Source of the DNA: Cystobasidiomycetes sp. EMM_F5
Lineage: Eukaryota
Length of the DNA stretch: 64,000 nt
Direction of reading: 5' to 3'
Assembly (NCBI GenBank): GCA_051047955.1
Contig: JBPGPT010000009.1
Coordinates: 496,001 to 560,000, forward strand
The notes beneath the pieces were generated by a model. That model was not told the DNA's origin, did no database searches, and saw nothing but the letters and a program-made list of their open reading frames with translations. This document shows, one piece after another, positions 57,106-64,000 of the stretch. Positions within the stretch are counted from its first letter, which is position 1. Every line of letters begins with the position of its first letter. The position numbers and the translations under genes are program-made.

Positions 57106-59166
57106 TCATGTGGGCTGATTTGGCACAGCCGAGTAATCTACTTCTTGATTTGCATTGTGACTCGTGCCATCTTCATTAGCATTCCGCTTAGTTGTGCTCG
57201 GACGGTTTGATCGTAAAACCAGCTTGCGATGTCTCCGAGTCTGCTGATGTTGTCGCAACTGGTCGCCGGCTTCCAACAAAACGGGATGAGTTGGATCAAG
57301 CGTACACAACTCGCACGCTACCATCTTGCGTTCTTGTATCCTTTAAAGTCTCGTCAGCAGAAATCTGCGATCTCTATTAGTCCTTACTTTCTGCCACTGG
57401 CTTTCGGTTGAAGCATAGATTCAGCAGCTGTGCTTAGGCTGGCTGCTTCAGGCAGGATGTCAGTACGCAGAAATGCTGTGAATGCTGGTTCACATCATCG
57501 TAGGCGAACTTCGGACCTATTTACGAACCTGACAGCATGGATGTAGCTTTCGCCTTGACGCGATTATCCCATTGCCCAGGGTCTGTCTTAAACATTAGCT
57601 TGGACGCGATCAATAGCGTATGATGGAATGTACCGGTAGCATCCAGAAGGTACAAATGTACGCTGTTCGACGGCGCTTTGCCGTCGACACTTCTCTGCGA
57701 CTGCTGAATGAGAGGAAGCAAGGTATTCCGTATCCAGGTGATCTGCCTTCTAGCGTATCTGCGAGTGCCGATCTTCATCCTGTCCAGCGATTCTGCGAAG
57801 ATTGCTGCTGTTTCGATGCTATTCCCGTTACCGGATTCTATTTCCACAAAATATGGATCGAACTCCTTGTAGCCTGTTTGAAGCCTAATCAGCGTCGACA
57901 CCGCCTGTCAGTATACAGGCTGATCACCTATGGCCTGAAATATACCGGAGGAGAAGTCAAAGTGAGGATTATGCTTAGCGATTTTGCGCAACTCGCTGAT
58001 TTCGTCGAGTAGCCCGTGCTGTACTGCAATGTCAATACTGACACAAGCATGCGCGGCTTAAAGAATTCCTTACTTTCACCATCTCGTCGACTCGCTTGTC
58101 CAGACGCTCGTCGAGAATGGAACTTTCGACGAATGGCCAAAATAGTAGAGTGCGAAATCTGTGCATGCACCTATTAGATGCGATTCTGCGCTCAATCGCG
58201 CCAAACTCGCCGAGCATTGACGGGCGCCTGCCTTTGTTCTTCAAGTATCTCGGACTGCGTGCGACCGCTCTGGAGGGCTATTTCTATACTCCGACGTACT
58301 TTGCGCACATCCAGCCAATGCAGTTTCGCAGCCATAGCCGGGTCGATACGCTGAAGTGCCTGATGCAATGCAGAACAGAATGTGTCTACGGATCGGAAGT
58401 CTATATGGAGGCGATTTGTTGGGAATCCGGGAGGAAAAGTAGAAGAGGTTGATATAGGAGGAAGTTCTGGCAATGACTGCACTAGGTCAATAATTTCCTT
58501 AGGCATTCCAGACATCTTTGACTCGACAAAGTTGGATGGTGTTCGTCGATGCTCTCTGTGTAAATCCTTTCCCGCGGTACTCTCCTCATTAGCGGAGACC
58601 AGTCGGCCGGGAAAGACAAGATGCTGAACATAGTACATCGTGCCACCGACAACTATCGGTAAGGCCTCCCTTGCAGAGATTTCTTCAATCTTGCAACTGA
58701 TTAGATGTGAGGAGGAAAGATCTGTAAGCTGCATGTACTGACTGTTTGCAATGCATCCGCAATGAATCTGTCAACGCGGTAATCTTGCCCCACGTCAAGA
58801 AAATCGATAAGATGGTGTAGGATTCTCGTACGCTCTGCATCGGAGGCCTTGTTCGTGATGATATCTGTGCCTCGATAGACTTGCATCGAGTCTGCATTGA
58901 TGATTTCTGCAGACTTGAAGCCATGCAGTTCATGCGACGAGGTTTTGATCCATTCAGCCAAGTCCAGCGAAAGCTGCGTCTTGCCAACACCAGTTCTGCA
59001 CACATGCATGGAACCATTTCAGTTGACTGAATGACTTTGTCGCAACGCACCATGCGTACGTTCCAATAATGCCCACTATGTTTTGACACTCAGCCGAGGA
59101 CATGTTTCTAGCCAAATTCATAGACTTCAAGACAGCAGCAGACAGCCGGTAGTATCTCGACAGCAT
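57106..59166 (-). CDS. MOD5: tRNA dimethylallyltransferase with C-terminal zinc finger
   Basis: IIGT-TGVGKT P-loop, IINADSMQVY, PIVVGGTMYY, IGYKEF, TRRYARRQITWIRN, CELC..H..H. Confidence 0.92.
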
Positions 59167-59511
59167 AAAGTCATCTTTTAAGTATGGTTAGTCGGTTCTT
59201 CGCTGGGTTTCGCCAAAGGCGGTTGAAGTCTAACATAAAGAATCCTCACTGTCCCACAATACGATGCAATCCCGTCACAGGAGACGGCTCAATCGCGCAC
59301 AGAGATAGCCGTGCAGAAACGCAAACAAAAAGCTGGTGCGGAGTACACACCGTCGTCGTTTTGGCAACGCGAAATGCTGTAAGTCGCGTGCTAGTCGCGC
59401 GATGTTACGAACTTAGCATCTTGTTCTCCCTCCTTGCATAGCCATTGCGTTCGCTCGCTGGACTCTACAGGTCAAGCCGCCTGTGCTGATCTCGTCAATG
59501 ACATCGAGACC

Positions 59512-60231
59512 ATGTATGTAGGCTTTGCTATTATAAGAAAGCTCCTGACATTGGGCTTCCTGTCTAGGCTGAATAAGTCGCAGGGTGATGACTCAGAGAA
59601 GGACGTAGATACTGATTTACTAGACACTAACAAGGTATCCGATCCTCCTCCTACTCAGCCAGACCGGGCCACTTAATCACTTTGTTCAATTCTTGATAGT
59701 CAGACATCGCGTCCGAATTGGCCGCTCAAAACAGACGTTTGAATCGGGAGCAGCGCCGTCTCAAATTGCTGCAAGAGCAAGTAGTATTCCACTACCTGTT
59801 GCACATAGACTGACTATGGCAGCTGATTGTAGGCTGGAGGAATCGGAGAATACTCGTTTACGCAGCTTCACGCGCTCGCGCAAGCTTCAGGAACAGGACG
59901 AGCGTGATGAAGCGGATCAGAGGGTGGGATTAGAGGATATGGGGTGCGTTACCGCTTCTGACGACGCGATGAAATACTCACAGAGCGCCGCCGGAAATTG
60001 GAGAGCAAAGGACAAAAAGGCTAAACTCGACGTCTTCATTACACATTTGAAGTCCAAGCAAGATGCGGTTCGCACTGGCGACAGTCGAGCACCTTATCAG
60101 GTTGGGTGACCGCAACTTGACGTTTCACTGGTAACCAATCTGATGTGTAAAAACAGCCTTCTGAGGACAACGTCGGTCGTGTCCAGCACAAAGCAGCAGA
60201 TAAGCGAGCACACAAGAAGCAGGGCGGCTGA
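59512..60231 (+). CDS. Hypothetical small basic protein, multi-exon
   Basis: A chain of GT-AG introns joins in-frame exons (LNKSQGDDSEK.., EESENTRLRSFTR.., PSEDNVGRVQHK..GG*). Start and function are unclear. Confidence 0.45.
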
Positions 60232-60649
60232 CTTATACACTCGTCTACTGTGGTTTCCTCCTTTCAGCGAGCGGGTCCGAAATATAAGGATCAACTAGCC
60301 GATTCCTGAGGGGGCGATTATAGATCAAACATAGTCGTCATCACCGCTGCACAGTCATTCATTCTCTGCTGTATTGGACATGACTACGATGTGAGAAATT
60401 GAAAACAAACAAGTCGCATGGGGGCAATTTCACATTATGGTCATACATCGAAGGACAAGAACGTGTATAGCCAATTCACAGTATGATACAGACGAAAAGC
60501 AGTGTCTAAAGGTGTTAATTGCCGATGAGTTTTCGACCAGGGAACCTCGTAGAGTCGAGTATCGACACTTGCCCGAGGAGAAAGGAACGTTACTGCGATA
60601 TGGGATATGCGATATGCTTCTGCAGTAATGGCGCTATGCGGCGTGTACA

Positions 60650-60772
60650 TCACAGAGGAATCACGCAAAAATTGCTGAAAAACAATATTGTCAGTCAAGA
60701 AGACAACTTCTGGGTGGGATAAACGGCATTCGCGTACCAGGGTAAAGGGCATGGTATAATAACGCAGACGAG
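60650..60772 (-). repeat. Duplicated copy of the two terminal Cys-rich exons (60772-60738, intron 60737-60675, 60674-60650)
   Basis: Reads LVCVIIPCPLPC|NFCVIPL*, with the same phase-2 intron and the same 25-nt last exon as the upstream copy. Confidence 0.65.
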
Positions 60773-60791
60773 CTGTAATGCCGTATGCTGA

Positions 60792-61181
60792 TCACAGAGG
60801 TATTATGCAGAAGTCGCTGAGACCAGAAGCGTTGTCAGCTGCCTTGTGTATCGGCAGACGAAGAGCAATGCATACCACGGGATTGGACATGGAACAATAA
60901 AGCAGCAGCGACCTGGACACATTCCACCTCTTCCTCCTCGAAGGTCCAGGTGTTGCGGGCCGTCGTCAGGCTTTTGCTGCTGCGTTAGGCCTTCTCGCTG
61001 CTGCTCGGCATTGAGGGCTATGAGCAACCACCAGCAAAAGTAATGTCAGCGTTCTTCACATCCTGAATGCTTACAGCGGCAGAGCTTCAGCCTCACGGTT
61101 TATTGCCATTCCGTTCTGCAGCATTGGTTGTGCAGTCCTTGCCTGAAGCGGAATTTGGATAGTTTCGGCAGAGGGAGACAT
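60792..61181 (-). CDS. 83-aa peptide with LRGG followed by a Cys-rich tail (exons 61181-61097, 61017-60876, 60816-60792)
   Basis: Splicing two canonical introns gives ..QHLDLRGGRGGMCPGRCCFIVPCPIPCDFCIIPL* (252 nt, in frame). Confidence 0.65.
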
Positions 61182-61513
61182 GGTGCACAGAGGTTCTGAT
61201 ACAGAGCTACAAGTGATGCAGATGGGAAGTCGCTACAGTGTTGAAGCAGCCAGGCTTTCGCTTCGAGAATGCCAGTTTCGCATGACAGCGGATGACATGA
61301 CGCTGCGGGCGGCGAGTGATCGACTTTCAGCACTGCCGAAGCAACTGTACAGAGGGGTTTCGGACGAAATGAACGGATTGTACGTAGACCTGCTAGCACT
61401 GATAAGACTATTGATTCTAATATATACACACTTCTAATAATGCAGGCGAATTCAAGATGCTACACTGACGCGAGTTGCGCGAAGCGCACCTGCTCAAACG
61501 AGTGAAGGATAGA

Positions 61514-64000
61514 TTATTGCTGGCCAGGTGTCGGCCGTGTGATGCGACCGAGCTCAAGGTCTTTTGGCCTGAAACGATTCAGCCGAGCACCTTCCTCCGT
61601 CTGGCTGCTGTCGGCAGCGGTGCGGCTGCCTTGTAACTGAGCCTGAGCAGCGTGAACGGCTTCACCATAGTTGAGCGTATCTTGGCGATTCGCGTCGCCC
61701 TGATAATCAAAGACGTCAGTCTGCTCGTCTTCCATGGGCGCATGTCGGCTCGTCAAGTCCAAGCGATTCACTTCCTCGGCGATGGTGGGGGCGGCGGAAG
61801 GCATAGACGGGACAGGTGGAACAGGCTGTAAAGGTGGAGGACCTGGAGGCCCGGAGTTTGACCGACTTGCTAACGGCGTGCTTCCGACAGCAGGGCGTAA
61901 GATCGGCGCATTCCCGCTCTGTGGAGACTGAGACGGTCCGTGTGGGAGTGCTGTGAAGCCTTCCGCACTCAACAGTTTTACCACGGTGGGGTCGGCGGGC
62001 GGTGGGGATGGGTTACCAGCGCCGGCAGGTCCGTAGATGTTTAGAGAAGCCATGGCAATCTTGAGGGCGCAAATCCACTTGTTGCGCCTCGTCACCTTGA
62101 GAGCATTGTTTGACCAATTGCTTTTATACGGAATAGCTGTCGATAGCGTAAGCATGCCTTGCGCAGCAAAGTCTTTGACCGAGATGTCGCATTTGTGCAC
62201 ATAGTCTCGCCTTTCGCTTTCCAAGAAATCCAGCATTGCTTGACGAAGGGCTTCAATCTGCTCAAAAGTAGTACCAAAGTCAACATCCCAAGTGAAGACT
62301 TCGGATGTTGCTCCACTGCGACGATGATTGATGATTGCCTTGGTGTTGAGGATCGTATGTGGCATTTGAACACATGTGCCATCCGTCCGCTTGAAGACGG
62401 TTGAAAGAAGCGCAATCTCCTTTACGACGTGTGGTGTGTCAAACCCGTCAATCATGATCAAATCGCCCACATCGCTGTTCAAAAGAAGTCTCAGTTTCGA
62501 AAATATGTTTGATATGCGCGAAAGTCAGAGTCCGACGCACTATGGACTGTCAATGAATGGTGAGGCGTCAGCTTGACAGCGGCAATGATTTTCAGTCGTG
62601 TACTTACTGTTTGGCCAGTAAGAATACGATAGATGCAAGGACTTCCTGTGAAGTCGAGCCAATGAGCCAGGACAGACCAAGAACGAAGGCCGAAGCGCTC
62701 GTAAGGAAACCCGAAAATGAAACCGACAGCAATCCGATGATGAGGAGAATTGCGACAATGTAATAGAGTGACATGAGAATCTGATCGAGTCGACCGACAG
62801 CAGAGTCGAGATCTCGCATCGAAGACGACAAACTCTTCCTTTCGCGGTGTATGTCGAGGCAGGCCATTTCAATCTCTTCCAGCGAGACATCACCATTGTC
62901 GTCCTTGTCAAACATGACGAAGACCTCTTTTAGTACCTCTTCATTTGGAAAGTAGGGCGCAATGTCCTGCATAAGCATTACGTTGCGGTTGGACGGTGTA
63001 AAGCTGAACCATATCCGTCTAGCCAGCTGACGAGATTTGCTGGCAGAAGACAAGGCTGAAGTAACCATTGACTGGGGGCTATGGCTTTGCATAACGCGTT
63101 CACCGATAATTTCCGAAGCAACAGTCCCGAGTGCAGTAGTGGTGCCAGTCACGACTCGCTTGGTACCCTTGAGTGCCTTCTTGAGAATCTTCGCAGGGTC
63201 AATCTTCTCCTTGTTGTCACGCCAGCCGGCTCCGTCAAGCGTATCAGATCGTCCAATGTCCCGCGAGTTGAGGTATAGGGTGGTGAGTGTCTTGACAGCA
63301 AATTTGCTGCTGGCGATTCGGTCTGCATAGCTCGTCTTGTGGAAGTTGTACGCAACGACCTGAATGATGAATTTTTCCACTAGGAGAATAATGGCACACA
63401 GCCATATTGCAAATAGGCCTGGGACATGTCAAAGATTAGCACATGCACCCACCCCAAAATTACAGCGGATCTGGCATTACCTTTAGTGATTTGCGATAAA
63501 GTCTCGCCTGCGCCATTGCTGCGATCGGCTGGACCTTGTGCCAGAATAAGACTATGCCATCATGTCAGGCACCTGTATAAACGCATCTCGCTTGCAGGCG
63601 CGGCAACTCACGGCTGAAAGGAAACCCATAATGCCAAAGTCCACAAGAAAGCAGCGAGGGTCTTCTTGAGAGCGAATGTGTAGTCAATGTAGTGACGAGC
63701 TTCCGGAGCGACGGTTCCGATAGTGTGTTTGAGTATGTGAGGGAACAGCATCGCGGTCAGCATTGCGCCCCACCAACCGAGCCTGGACGAGTCGAAGAAG
63801 GGAGGTCAGCGTAAAGATTCGAGTGTAGGATTTGTCACAGCATACCAAACGATAGTAAGCCAGATGGACCAGTTGAGCGTGGATACTCCCCATACGGTGG
63901 GCGTAGGATTGATAGTAACGCTATAATCAATGGTCAGAGAGACAAGTTACACCTGGATTTGCTCGTAGTTGTAGTGTAGCTCAAACTCACGCGCAGATAC
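61514..64000 (-). CDS. MscS-like mechanosensitive channel with EF-hand (Msy1/Msy2-like); 5' end beyond the window
   Basis: EKFIIQVVAYNFH, ARRIWFSF, FDKDDNGDVSLEE EF-hand, LGLSWLIG, DVGD, INHRRSG, RRNKWICALK. Confidence 0.9.

Noticed and set aside
60437..60722. Plus-strand ORFs considered as extra exons of the 59512 gene
   Set aside because: That gene appears to stop at about 60231, and part of the region is better explained by the minus-strand duplicated Cys-rich exons.

Overview
Gene-dense, intron-rich eukaryotic DNA with many short (about 50-100 nt) spliceosomal introns and small intergenic gaps. The gene content is fungal; a compact basidiomycete yeast is likely, but that is inference. 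About 30 protein-coding genes are supported. Most are housekeeping genes: Mpk1/Slt2-type MAPK, Mtf1, DAHP synthase, serine racemase-like PLP enzyme, MCU, xylose reductase, GPD, GFA1, nitrilase, SEC23, O-methyltransferase, DUF1769, RRM protein, uS5m, RCE1, Rds1-like ferritin-fold protein, Het-C, glyoxalase II, ALDH, BAG protein, NOP2, MOD5 and an MscS-like channel. I recognised no RNA genes, transposons or CRISPR arrays. The most interesting signals came from splicing the sequence by hand. (1) A tandem trio of small two-exon orphan genes (about 131-134 aa) lies just upstream of the MAPK; they share motifs, and two share a homologous helical second exon that the ORF track does not show. (2) An 83-aa peptide gene has LRGG followed by a Cys-rich tail, and its two terminal exons are duplicated downstream. 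(3) A three-gene BTB/POZ tandem array has a 1-nt frameshift in the third copy. (4) An intronless serine-racemase-like gene is a candidate for horizontal transfer. (5) The O-methyltransferase ends in a PTS1. Exon boundaries were derived manually and outer CDS coordinates are best estimates.
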